Source: an uncultured SAR116 cluster alpha proteobacterium
GTDB lineage: Bacteria; Pseudomonadota; Alphaproteobacteria; Puniceispirillales; Puniceispirillaceae
Length of the DNA stretch: 64,000 nucleotides
NCBI GenBank assembly: GCA_902622515.1
Contig: CACNQE010000008.1
Location: 15,509-79,508, forward strand
Direction: 5' to 3'
Notes under the pieces: generated by a model
The model's database searches: none
Told to the model about the DNA's origin: nothing
Seen by the model: the letters and a program-made list of their open reading frames with translations, nothing else
In this document: positions 1 through 8,834 of the stretch, piece after piece
Layout of the letters: the number at the start of each line of letters is the position of its first letter
Position numbering within the stretch: position 1 is the stretch's first letter
Made by a program: the position numbers and the translations under genes

Positions 1-593
1 GGATTTTTCTGCTTGTTGGAGGTTTATGGGCTTCTGCAAAATTTGGAGCAGAAAATGGTGCTTATGCCTTTGCTTTTGTAATTTTTGGAATGCTTCTAAT
101 GGGAGGAATTTTTTTTGCTAGCTTTAAATGGATTAAGAATGATACACGCGAAGTCACAAAGAGAGGTCAATATATCTTTTTGGCCTGCATTCTTGGGATT
201 ATTTTTAATTGCATATTTTTTTCTGGTATAATTGGGAATCTAAAGTCTTTACATGTTGCCTCCTTAATCGAAGAGAAATTGGAGAGACTACCTGTAAAGA
301 CAAAAATTATTGCATTAGCTGGTTATCACGAGCCATCCACTGTCTTCACGTTAGGGGAAGATATACTATTACTTAACACAGACGAAGCAGCGCTGTTGCT
401 GGCAGAAGCCCCTGAGGCTTTAATAATTGTGGAGTCCCGGCAAATAGATCAGTTCAAGTCTGCTGCCTCGAATTTAAATGTGGTATTTCACAAGTTATCA
501 CAAATTAAAGGGTTCAATATTTCTAAAGGGCAATTTATTGAATTGTACCTAATGTCTTCGATTAAGTTTGACGATAAGGATTTGAACAGCTAA
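1..593 (+). CDS. C-terminal part of a membrane glycosyltransferase, probably GT-C/ArnT-like (5' end lies outside the window)
   Basis: The frame of the 90..593 ORF stays open back to nt 3 (IFLLVGGLWASAKFGAENGAYAFAFVIFGMLLMGG...). It shows hydrophobic TM segments followed by a soluble C-terminal domain. It sits directly upstream of GT2 and LAB_N genes, the usual context of ArnT/PMT_2-type enzymes. Confidence 0.45.
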   Translation, partial: IFLLVGGLWASAKFGAENGAYAFAFVIFGMLLMGGIFFASFKWIKNDTREVTKRGQYIFLACILGIIFNCIFFSGIIGNLKSLHVASLIEEKLERLPVKTKIIALAGYHEPSTVFTLGEDILLLNTDEAALLLAEAPEALIIVESRQIDQFKSAASNLNVVFHKLSQIKGFNISKGQFIELYLMSSIKFDDKDLNS

Positions 594-625
594 GACCAGT
601 AAAAACTATCTGAAGAACTTCTTTC

Positions 626-1435
626 ATGGCTCAATTTATAACTTACTCTCCAAGTAAATCTAACGTCATAAAAGCGCCAGAGATTTCGGTACTAGTTCCC
701 GTGATGAATGAGGCAGGAAACATTCGAGCATTAATTGATGAAATATGTGATACTTTTCGAGAGAGGAGATTTGAGATCATTTATATTGATGATGGAAGCA
801 CAGATGAAACTATATTGGAGTTGCAAACTTGCTTGTCACAAGTGGAAGAACTCCGTGTCTTTCGTCATAAACGGCGGAGTGGTCAAAGCGTTGCAATACG
901 GACAGGTTTGCTGGCATCAAGAGCGCCGTTGATTGCAATTTTAGACGGAGATGGTCAGAATATTCCCCATGATTTGCTTAAATTAGAGGAAGCCCTTCTC
1001 TCTTTGCGCCCTAAAAGTGGCATGGCAGGTGGAGTTAGGCAAGATAGAAAAGATTCTGCTATTAAGAAATTCGCATCTCGCAGAGCAAGAAATGTAAGAA
1101 GCTGGCTTTTAAAGGATAGCCACCCAGATTCAGGTTGTGGAATTAAGATTATTGATAGGGAAGTTTTTTTAAGACTGCCTTTTTTTAACCATATGCACAG
1201 ATTTATGTCTGTTTTAGTTCTAAGAGAGGGCGCTGTAGTAATCGAAGTTCCTGTTAGTCATCGTGCTCGTGACAAAGGCAAATCCAAATATGGCATTTTA
1301 GATAGATTACTTGTGGGTATTTCTGATATAATTGGAGTCATGTGGTTACTCAGGCGAGCAAATCATCCTGAGGAAGTCACGGAAATAACCCAGAATAATT
1401 TAAAGAAAAATTCAAACAATAATACGATTAAGTAG
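626..1435 (+). CDS. Family 2 glycosyltransferase, polyprenyl-phosphate sugar transferase type (ArnC/DPM1-like)
   Basis: ISVLVPVMNEAGNI, IIYIDDGSTDET, the RRSGQSVAIRTG and ILDGDGQN (DxD) motifs, and a C-terminal TM region, all typical of ArnC-like GT2 enzymes. Confidence 0.85.
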   Translation: MAQFITYSPSKSNVIKAPEISVLVPVMNEAGNIRALIDEICDTFRERRFEIIYIDDGSTDETILELQTCLSQVEELRVFRHKRRSGQSVAIRTGLLASRAPLIAILDGDGQNIPHDLLKLEEALLSLRPKSGMAGGVRQDRKDSAIKKFASRRARNVRSWLLKDSHPDSGCGIKIIDREVFLRLPFFNHMHRFMSVLVLREGAVVIEVPVSHRARDKGKSKYGILDRLLVGISDIIGVMWLLRRANHPEEVTEITQNNLKKNSNNNTIK

Positions 1436-1798
1436 ATGCTGGATGTGATTTCAGAAATTATAGGCAGTACCGCATTAATAGCGGGGAACTTTTTATACAG
1501 CCTTTTTCCATTTCTCCCAGTATCAATAGCAGAAAACCCAGCAACAATTATGGTTATAGTGGGTTTTGGAGGGCAGTTATTATTTGCTATGAGGTTTATA
1601 ATTCAATGGATAAAATCCGAAGGAGAAAGAAAGTCCGTTATTCCTCTTGCATTCTGGTATTTTTCAATAGGTGGAGGATTAGTGCTTTTATTTTACGCAC
1701 TTTGGCGCAAAGACCCTGTTATTATTTGTGGTCAAGGTTTGGGGCTTTTTATTTACGCACGAAATTTGTATTTTATATACCGAAACTCAGCAAGGTAA
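1436..1798 (+). CDS. Lipid-A-disaccharide synthase N-terminal domain (LAB_N) small membrane protein
   Basis: RFIIQWIKSE..RKSVIPLAFWYFSIGGGLVLLFYALWRKDPVII..GLFIYARNLYFIYR matches the LAB_N (PF07578-type) signature. The start codon abuts the GT2 stop codon. Confidence 0.8.
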   Translation: MLDVISEIIGSTALIAGNFLYSLFPFLPVSIAENPATIMVIVGFGGQLLFAMRFIIQWIKSEGERKSVIPLAFWYFSIGGGLVLLFYALWRKDPVIICGQGLGLFIYARNLYFIYRNSAR

Positions 1799-1821
1799 TT
1801 TATTAAATTAAAAAAACCACA

Positions 1822-2241
1822 TTACAAACTAGTATTGCTCATCTTAAGCAAGATGTTCCATTCATTTCGTGAAACGGGAACTACAGAAAGACGAGATTGA
1901 CGCACAAGAGCAAAATTATTTAGTAAGGGCTCACTTTTTATTTCAGAGAGTGTAACAGGTTTTTCTACCTCTTTTACAGCAACTACCGTTACCATACCAA
2001 AGCGTCCTGTAGGGTCAGTAGGATCTAAATGCCATTTTTGTGAAACACGAACGATACCGACGATACGTTTTTCAATCACAGAGTGATAAAAAAAACCAAG
2101 ATCGCCTATTTCCATTGCTTTCATATTATTACCTGCTTGATAGTTTCGTACACCATCCCAGCCCTCGCCTTCATCTCCTTTCGCTAATTGATCGCTAAAT
2201 GACCAGTTGTTAGGTTCTGATTTAAATAGCCAATATGCCAT
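1822..2241 (-). CDS. EVE (PUA-like) domain protein
   Basis: MAYWLFKSEPNNWSF...WDGVRNYQAGNNMKAMEIGDLGFFYHS is the classic EVE/DUF55 N-terminus. Confidence 0.8.
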   Translation of the reverse strand: MAYWLFKSEPNNWSFSDQLAKGDEGEGWDGVRNYQAGNNMKAMEIGDLGFFYHSVIEKRIVGIVRVSQKWHLDPTDPTGRFGMVTVVAVKEVEKPVTLSEIKSEPLLNNFALVRQSRLSVVPVSRNEWNILLKMSNTSL

Positions 2242-2301
2242 GCAAGCCTCTTTAATTGTTTGTTTTTATTTTTAATTGTGTTGAGAAAATAATTATTTAT
2301 C

Positions 2302-3297
2302 CTATTCTGTATTCACTTCTCGAGCTAATAAAGCGGTAATTTCACTCTCAATAAGTTCTTCATGTTGCAAAATACGATGAACAGCTTGTGCGATAGGTAA
2401 CTCGATATCTTCATAAATAGCTCTTGCATTAAGAAGTTCAGCAGCTTTTTTGCCTTCAGCCAACTTTGGGTCAGGAGTTTGGTTTTTTGCAATTGCCATA
2501 CCGAATGCCATATTTCGTGAATGAGGACTAGAGCAAGTTAAAACTAAATCTCCCATACCTGCCAACCCATTGAGTGTTTGAGGCCTTCCGCCAATTTTAA
2601 CAGCCAGTCGGGTAATTTCAGCAAGTCCACGTGAAACTAAAGCTGCGCGTGCATTATCCCCGAGTTCGAGTCCAGTAGCTATACCTGCCGCTATCGCAAT
2701 AATATTTTTTACCGCGCCACCTACAGCAACTCCTGTAATGTCATCCCCTATGTAACATCTTAAATAGCTTGCTTCAAAATAATTAGCTATTTCAGTTGAG
2801 AGTTTAATAGAATGAGAGGCTATCATGACTGCTGTTGGTTTATTTGATATTACTTCATCAGCAAAAGAGGGACCACTAATTAGTCCATAGGAATAAAAGT
2901 TATCAAATTTTGAATTTATCCATTCAGGTAGAAATATCCCGCCCTTTTCAGAGTGTGAAAATAATCCTTTCCCCGAAAATAGAATTACTGAATCTAGTGA
3001 TGCGTAATTCGTAATCAATTCAACAACTTGCACAGTTTCTGATAAAGGAACTGCAATAACAATAAGACCAGCCAAGCTAAGACAATCTGGATTTGTTGTT
3101 GATGGTATAGGGCGCTCTAGTTGAACTTGGGGTAATGCTATAAGACTACCCTGATTTAGTGCATCCGCTGTTTCTCGTCTTCGGGTGAGGACAGTAACAT
3201 TGTTGTTAGCCTTTAGAAGTTGGTCTGCAAGCGCGCCACCCCAGCTTCCGCCGCCAATAACAACAATTTCCTTAGTTTTAGACATTTTATTTTTCAT
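2302..3297 (-). CDS. gpsA: NAD(P)H-dependent glycerol-3-phosphate dehydrogenase
   Basis: IVVIGGGSWGGALA Rossmann motif, GAVKNIIAIAAGI and GDLVLTCSS...SRN motifs. I chose the internal ATG at 3297 (MKNKMSKT...) because it forms an ATGA overlap with the tsaD stop codon. The track ORF extends to 3348. Confidence 0.85.
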   Translation of the reverse strand: MKNKMSKTKEIVVIGGGSWGGALADQLLKANNNVTVLTRRRETADALNQGSLIALPQVQLERPIPSTTNPDCLSLAGLIVIAVPLSETVQVVELITNYASLDSVILFSGKGLFSHSEKGGIFLPEWINSKFDNFYSYGLISGPSFADEVISNKPTAVMIASHSIKLSTEIANYFEASYLRCYIGDDITGVAVGGAVKNIIAIAAGIATGLELGDNARAALVSRGLAEITRLAVKIGGRPQTLNGLAGMGDLVLTCSSPHSRNMAFGMAIAKNQTPDPKLAEGKKAAELLNARAIYEDIELPIAQAVHRILQHEELIESEITALLAREVNTE

Positions 3298-4358
3298 AGT
3301 CTTACTCCTCTCCCTGGAGGTGGTGAAGCTTTTTGGTCTAATGGCCACCTTGGTTTTGGAGCAAAATCAAATTCCGTCTTTTTCCCAATCATATGATATT
3401 CCATTCCCACCCATGCAATCATTGCAGCATTATCTGTGCAAAATTCTGAGGGGGGTAAAACCATATTAAAATTTTTTGATTCAGCGAGGCTTTTAAGATT
3501 TTTTCTAATTTCCTTGTTTGCGGCGACACCGCCAGCGACGACAAAAGTCATTTTGTTGTTTCTTGCTGCAGAAGAAGCAAACCTTTCCATAGCTATTTCA
3601 GAACGATTAATAAGAGAGCTAGATATAGTTGCTTGTAGACTAGCTGCAAAATCAGCGGTTGGAATGGGTCCCGAATATTTTGATACTGAGTTTGCAAGGG
3701 CGGTTTTAATTCCAGAAAAAGAGAAATGACAATCACGATATTGTTGTCTTGGTGTAGGTAATTTTATTGATTCTGGGTTTCCAGTTTTAGCGCATTTTTC
3801 AATTGCTGGCCCACCAGGATAGCCAAGTCCTAAGAGTTTTGCTCCTTTGTCAAAGGCTTCCCCAGCTGCATCATCTAATGTTGTGCCATATCTTTCATAT
3901 TTTCCTAGAGAGTTGATGCTTAATAGTTGTGTGTGACCGCCAGAAACAAGCAACAACAAATAAGGAAATTCTAGTTTATGGGTAAACCGAGCCGTCAATG
4001 CATGACCTTCGAGATGATTGATCGCATAATATGGCAAGTTTCTTGCAAATGCTAATGCTTTGGCTGTCATTGTTCCAATTAAAACGCCACCTATTAATCC
4101 CGGTCCTCCTGTTGCAGCAATGCCATTAATTTTCTCGAGCGTAAGCCCTGACTGTTTTAAAGCTTCTGTTATCACGGGCCTCATAGCGGATAAATGTTCT
4201 CTTGCTGCGACCTCTGGAACAACGCCTCCATTAGGGGCGTGAATGGAAGCTTGAGAAGCTATAATATTGGCTAAAATATCTCCATTTTGGTTAATTATTG
4301 CGCAGCAAGTTTCATCACAACTGCTCTCAATTCCTAATATGATTGATTGTTTTGTCAT
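3294..4358 (-). CDS. tsaD: tRNA N6-adenosine threonylcarbamoyltransferase
   Basis: ILGIESSCDETCCAI, NHLEGH and LLVSGGHTQL motifs of Kae1/Gcp/TsaD. Confidence 0.9.
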   Translation of the reverse strand: MTKQSIILGIESSCDETCCAIINQNGDILANIIASQASIHAPNGGVVPEVAAREHLSAMRPVITEALKQSGLTLEKINGIAATGGPGLIGGVLIGTMTAKALAFARNLPYYAINHLEGHALTARFTHKLEFPYLLLLVSGGHTQLLSINSLGKYERYGTTLDDAAGEAFDKGAKLLGLGYPGGPAIEKCAKTGNPESIKLPTPRQQYRDCHFSFSGIKTALANSVSKYSGPIPTADFAASLQATISSSLINRSEIAMERFASSAARNNKMTFVVAGGVAANKEIRKNLKSLAESKNFNMVLPPSEFCTDNAAMIAWVGMEYHMIGKKTEFDFAPKPRWPLDQKASPPPGRGVRL

Positions 4359-4401
4359 TTTTTTCCTTTGAAAACTTCTGTCATACTATTAGACAGGATA
4401 T

Positions 4402-5334
4402 ATGCAAGACAAGAAAAATTCTAAAAACTCTTCTCCGATAAGGATTGCTACCCGGAAATCAAAGCTCGCTATGGCGCAAGCTAATCTGGTAGGTGATTTA
4501 ATTTCACCTGTTGAGGCAGAATTTATTGGCCTTTCAACACCAGGAGATAAAAGCCTTTCAAAACCGTTGGTTGAAATTGGCGGTAAAGGTGTTTTTGTTA
4601 AAACGCTCGAGAATGCATTATTATCTGGTAAAGCGGACTGTGCGGTGCATTCACTTAAAGATATGGAGACGCAATTTGCATCAGGCACCCACATTATATC
4701 TATTTTGCCAAGAGAAGATCCTAGAGATGCAATTCTAGGTGCCAAAAGTCTCGATGAATTGCCTATAAACGCAAAAATTGGTACAGCGTCAGTCAGACGA
4801 AAAGCACAACTATTAAAGTATAGGCCCGATTTAGACATTCAGCTTTTAAGAGGCAATATCAATCGAAGGATAGCCTGTCTCGAAAACAATGAATATGACG
4901 CAATAATTTTAGCAGTTGCTGGATTAAAGAGATTAAATATGAAAATATCCTATAACCCAATTGATATTGGTAAAATGCCACCTGCTGCCTCTCAGGGAAC
5001 AATCGCAATACAGATTTTTCGACAAAATCCAAATCATGACCGACTGCAGGAGATTTTTTCACGTTTGCATTGTCATAATACAGGTCATTGCGTTACAGCA
5101 GAGCGCTCGGTTTTGTCAAGCCTTGATGGTTCCTGCCGAACACCGATATCCGCTTATGCTCATATTGACCAATCTTATAAATTGCAACTTCAGGCACATA
5201 TTTATTCACCAAATGGAGATAAAAGTTATTCTTCTTTCGCTTCTGATGAGCCGGAAAACGCTGAAAAATTGGGAGTAAAGATTGCAAAAGATCTTCTATT
5301 TAAATGTGGTGGTACTTCATTCATAGCAAGGTAA
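4402..5334 (+). CDS. hemC: Hydroxymethylbilane synthase (porphobilinogen deaminase)
   Basis: IRIATRKSKLAMAQA, GKGVFVKTLE, HSLKDM, RGNINRR and the cofactor-binding Cys context (LDGSCRTPI). Confidence 0.9.
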   Translation: MQDKKNSKNSSPIRIATRKSKLAMAQANLVGDLISPVEAEFIGLSTPGDKSLSKPLVEIGGKGVFVKTLENALLSGKADCAVHSLKDMETQFASGTHIISILPREDPRDAILGAKSLDELPINAKIGTASVRRKAQLLKYRPDLDIQLLRGNINRRIACLENNEYDAIILAVAGLKRLNMKISYNPIDIGKMPPAASQGTIAIQIFRQNPNHDRLQEIFSRLHCHNTGHCVTAERSVLSSLDGSCRTPISAYAHIDQSYKLQLQAHIYSPNGDKSYSSFASDEPENAEKLGVKIAKDLLFKCGGTSFIAR

Positions 5335-5369
5335 GGGATTTATTTTAGTTAAGGAATTAAATTAGCTAT

Positions 5370-6095
5370 ATGATTGTTATTATTCGAGATATTGAAGCTG
5401 CAACAAACAACGCTGATTCATTGATAGCCTCTGGTATTGACGCAATTCCGCTTGCCGTCTTATCCCATATGCCCATTGAATTGGAACCTAATATATTAGA
5501 TGTCTCTTATCAGGCAATAATTTTCACAAGTAAATACGGTATTTTAAATTATGATTCATTTTTTAACCTTCCGGCCTGGTGTGTTGGGGATATAACAGCA
5601 AAAGTCGCTAAAAAAATTGGATATACTAATGTTATTTCATCTTCAGGTAGTGCTCTCAGTTTAGCAAATGATATTTCAAATAATTTAGATAGTGAAAAAG
5701 GGCCGCTATTGTGGGCATCTGGTGCTGATATTGCGTTTGATATAAAAGCTTATTTGAACACAAAGAGGTTTAATACTACAAGAGCCATTAGTTATCAAAT
5801 GACCTCCGTCAGTCGTCTAAATAAGTCGTTTATAGAGCTGGTAAAATTAAAAAAAATAAAAGGGGTCGTTATTCTATCCAAGAGAAATTTTCATTGTTTT
5901 AGGAAATTGATGATCGCTGAGAGTGTTTGGGAACACCACCAGGCGTGGCAATTATTTACATTTCAGCAAATTCCTTTTACCGCAGAAGAGACATCTTCAT
6001 TTGCAGGGACTATAAAATCAAATACCGCAAGCTTTGAACACTTGTTTAACTGTATAAAAGATTGGTATTCTACTTTTAATGAATCTAATAGGTAG
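5370..6095 (+). CDS. hemD: Probable uroporphyrinogen-III synthase
   Basis: Size, position directly after hemC, and weak HemD-like motifs (AIIFTSKYG, VVILSKRN). The sequence is divergent. Confidence 0.5.
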   Translation: MIVIIRDIEAATNNADSLIASGIDAIPLAVLSHMPIELEPNILDVSYQAIIFTSKYGILNYDSFFNLPAWCVGDITAKVAKKIGYTNVISSSGSALSLANDISNNLDSEKGPLLWASGADIAFDIKAYLNTKRFNTTRAISYQMTSVSRLNKSFIELVKLKKIKGVVILSKRNFHCFRKLMIAESVWEHHQAWQLFTFQQIPFTAEETSSFAGTIKSNTASFEHLFNCIKDWYSTFNESNR

Positions 6096-6104
6096 AAATA
6101 TTTA

Positions 6105-7361
6105 ATGAAGGATAATGAAAAAGATGCATCCGAAGCAGTGATTGAAGGCGAAGCAGTTATACGTCCTGGTCGGAAAAAAGTGTCTAGCAAAAGTCCTAGT
6201 AGAAAAAAGACCTCCGCTAATGAAAAGCCATTAGAGTCTGAGTTATCAGAAAACGTGGATACTGATTCGAACGTAGATAATCAGTCTAAGAATAACCATT
6301 ATGGTTCTTCCCAAATTAGGAAATTATTTTCGCTGAGAAACATTAGTGTTTTGATTGTTTTTATATCTGCAATAGCTGGCGGGTGGATATGGACGTTTAA
6401 TAAGAATTTAATTCCTGCACCTCAAGAAAGTCCGAGACTCTCTAGCATATTGGACGAGGCCACAGAGCGTTTATTGGAAACCGAGAAGCAATTGAACGAA
6501 TTTAAAATGCAAATAAACATTTTAGAATCAGAGATTGAAATGCTTAAAGAGCAAATTGGTCAGCAAACACAAGATGACACGCTAGGTTCAGTATCCTCTC
6601 AGCTTAGCCAATTGAGAAATATGTTTGATGAATTAGATTCAAACATGGCTCCTCCGCAAATACAGACTGTTGCAGTAGAGGAACTTTCAAGTTTAAAAGC
6701 AAAGAGAATAATTCATTTAATAGAAGTTCTATGGCTTGATAGTAAAATTGGAAGAGACCTAACTACATATCCTTCAGTTATTCAAAAACTTAAGAAAATT
6801 TATGCTGATGAAAATGAACTTTATGACTATCTTGGTCTAGTTGATAGGGCGCTGAGCGGAAATTTATCTAGCCACGCTATTATGCTATTTAATCTTAACC
6901 GTGATTTATCAGAAGATATGGGGAATGCTGAAATATCAAAAAGTGTGTCAAGTTTAAATAAAAAGACAGACAGCGAAAAAGAACAAGATGAATTTGTTGT
7001 TCAAGAGTCTGATGGGTTTTCTTGGGTACAATATTTTGCTGGATTAGTGAAATTTCAAAAGATTTCAGAGGAAAACGATTCTACAGAAATAAGTAAAAAC
7101 AAAGAAAGAGAAGTAGTGACAGCTAAGGAAGGCGTCGCGAAACTCTCTACATCTTTAAAGCCCAAATCGATAGAAACCATGTCTGAGGCAATTTCTTACC
7201 TTACATTTGTTTTGGATAATGGTAACTCGGAATTAAATTCAGAGCAGATTAACAAAATAAACTTTTATTTGGTGCAAATTAAATCAAGGTTGCAAGTGGA
7301 TAAAATGATTGATGATATCTATCAAAGCCAAGGAATATTATTCTCAAGAGAAGAAAAATGA
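6105..7361 (+). CDS. Membrane-anchored coiled-coil protein, alphaproteobacterial Mic60 (mitofilin)/HemX-like candidate
   Basis: It has a disordered K/S-rich N-terminus, one TM helix (ISVLIVFISAIAGGWIWTF), a coiled coil (LLETEKQLNEFKMQINILESEIEMLKEQIGQQ) and a C-terminal globular domain. It lies between hemD and a hemY-like gene. The 4-nt ATGA overlap with the next gene suggests translational coupling. Confidence 0.5.
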   Translation: MKDNEKDASEAVIEGEAVIRPGRKKVSSKSPSRKKTSANEKPLESELSENVDTDSNVDNQSKNNHYGSSQIRKLFSLRNISVLIVFISAIAGGWIWTFNKNLIPAPQESPRLSSILDEATERLLETEKQLNEFKMQINILESEIEMLKEQIGQQTQDDTLGSVSSQLSQLRNMFDELDSNMAPPQIQTVAVEELSSLKAKRIIHLIEVLWLDSKIGRDLTTYPSVIQKLKKIYADENELYDYLGLVDRALSGNLSSHAIMLFNLNRDLSEDMGNAEISKSVSSLNKKTDSEKEQDEFVVQESDGFSWVQYFAGLVKFQKISEENDSTEISKNKEREVVTAKEGVAKLSTSLKPKSIETMSEAISYLTFVLDNGNSELNSEQINKINFYLVQIKSRLQVDKMIDDIYQSQGILFSREEK

Positions 7362-8671
7362 TAATAATTCTGCGCTTAGTTCTTATCATCGCCTTAGTGG
7401 CGCTTGTAGTGAGTTGGTTTGCTAAGCAAACAGGCTCAAGCCAGATACAATGGTTGGGATATCAAATAGAAATTTCGACAAGTCTTTTAGTAAGTTTAGT
7501 CATCTTGTTCGCTTTTTTTGTAATGCTATTTGACAGGATTTTCCGCTTTATTCGTAACTGGCCTAAAATGTTATCATATGGATGGCAATTTAGACGTAGG
7601 ACAAATGGAGAACGTGCTCTTAGTCTTGGCTTTGTCTCTTTAGCCGCCGGAGATAGTCGTTCTGCACAAAAGCAGGCAAAAAAGGCAGAGAAATTGCTAG
7701 GAAAAGGACTTCTTCCGGATTTGCTAGCCGCACAGGCAGCTCATCTTTCTGGGGATGAAAATGCTGCTAGACGTTATTTTGCTCAACTATCAAAACAGAA
7801 AGATACAGCCTATTACGGTTTAATAGGAATAATGAATTTACAATTTCAAAACAAAGACACAGAAAGAAGTTTGGAAGCAGCTAAAAAAGCATTGAAAATA
7901 CAACCTGACTCTACGGCCGCACTAACTCATATTTTTTGGAGGGAAATCGAGGCCAGAAATTGGAAAAGGGCCTTAGAAATAATTGTACTTTTAAAACCAC
8001 AAGTAGCAAATTTTGCAGAACAGAAAGAACAGTTTAAGAATAGGGAAATCGGATTATGCTATCTGGTTGCAGATAATGCTTCTGAGGAAAACGAAAAAAT
8101 TATCTTTTTAAAGCGAGCTTTGAATACAAATGACTCAAGTATAGCCTGTCGGGTTGCTTTAGGTCGATTATACCATAAAAAAGAGATGATAAAGCAAATG
8201 ATTAAAGTTGCAGAGCGAGGTTTTATTTTAAATCCGCATCAGGATTATATTGATTTATTAAGATTCAATTTTACCAGTAACACATCAAAATTTATTGCTC
8301 GTCTTACCAAACTGGCTCGTCAGAGTGAGCATAAAATAGATGCTTACAGGTTAGTCATTGCAGTCTCTCTTGATGCAGACATACTTCCGCCTGCAAGCAG
8401 TTTATTATCTGAAATACCTACAAATGAAATGACTAACGAAGATTATTTGCTTACCTCGGAACTAGCAGAAAAACAAAATGATCCAGTACGTGTTAAAAAT
8501 GCTCTTCAGGAGGCTGCTCGTGCCCCTAGGGGTAAAGCCTGGCGATGTTCTTCTTGTTATACAATAACCGCACAATATGAAGCGGTTTGTCCAAAATGTA
8601 ATGATATTGGAATGATTGATTGGGTAAACGAATCACATAATATTGTGAAAGCTATCAGAGCGCCAATATAA
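7358..8671 (+). CDS. HemY-like protein (HemY_N domain, TPR repeats, C-terminal 4-Cys zinc ribbon)
   Basis: Two N-terminal TM helices followed by WPKML..W.FRRRTNGERALSLGFVSLAAGD (HemY_N). TPR-like repeats follow, and the C-terminus reads CSSC-x13-CPKC. Confidence 0.75.
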   Translation: MIIILRLVLIIALVALVVSWFAKQTGSSQIQWLGYQIEISTSLLVSLVILFAFFVMLFDRIFRFIRNWPKMLSYGWQFRRRTNGERALSLGFVSLAAGDSRSAQKQAKKAEKLLGKGLLPDLLAAQAAHLSGDENAARRYFAQLSKQKDTAYYGLIGIMNLQFQNKDTERSLEAAKKALKIQPDSTAALTHIFWREIEARNWKRALEIIVLLKPQVANFAEQKEQFKNREIGLCYLVADNASEENEKIIFLKRALNTNDSSIACRVALGRLYHKKEMIKQMIKVAERGFILNPHQDYIDLLRFNFTSNTSKFIARLTKLARQSEHKIDAYRLVIAVSLDADILPPASSLLSEIPTNEMTNEDYLLTSELAEKQNDPVRVKNALQEAARAPRGKAWRCSSCYTITAQYEAVCPKCNDIGMIDWVNESHNIVKAIRAPI

Positions 8672-8834
8672 ATGTAATGCTGTAATTATGGTACTGAAAT
8701 TACTCTAATATCGTGATTGGATAAGATTTCCTTTCCTTTTTGCTAAATTCATGGGTATTTTCTGGATAGGAGCTTTTTGCAATATTACACTATCAATTAT
8801 GATGTAAAAAGACGTATTTAAATGGGAGACAAAT

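Noticed and set aside
3185-3729. Plus-strand ORFs 3185-3469 and 3436-3729 overlapping the gpsA/tsaD junction
   Set aside because: They are antisense to two strongly supported genes that are joined by an ATGA overlap. The translations have no motifs.
4389-4838. 149-aa ORF antisense to hemC. Similar nested antisense or alternate-frame ORFs occur at 11157-11474, 14176-14517, 18667-19143, 21512-21868, 55234-55620 and 57187-57627.
   Set aside because: Each lies entirely inside a well-supported, motif-rich gene on the opposite strand or in another frame. Their translations are low-complexity with no recognisable motifs, which is the typical shadow-ORF pattern.
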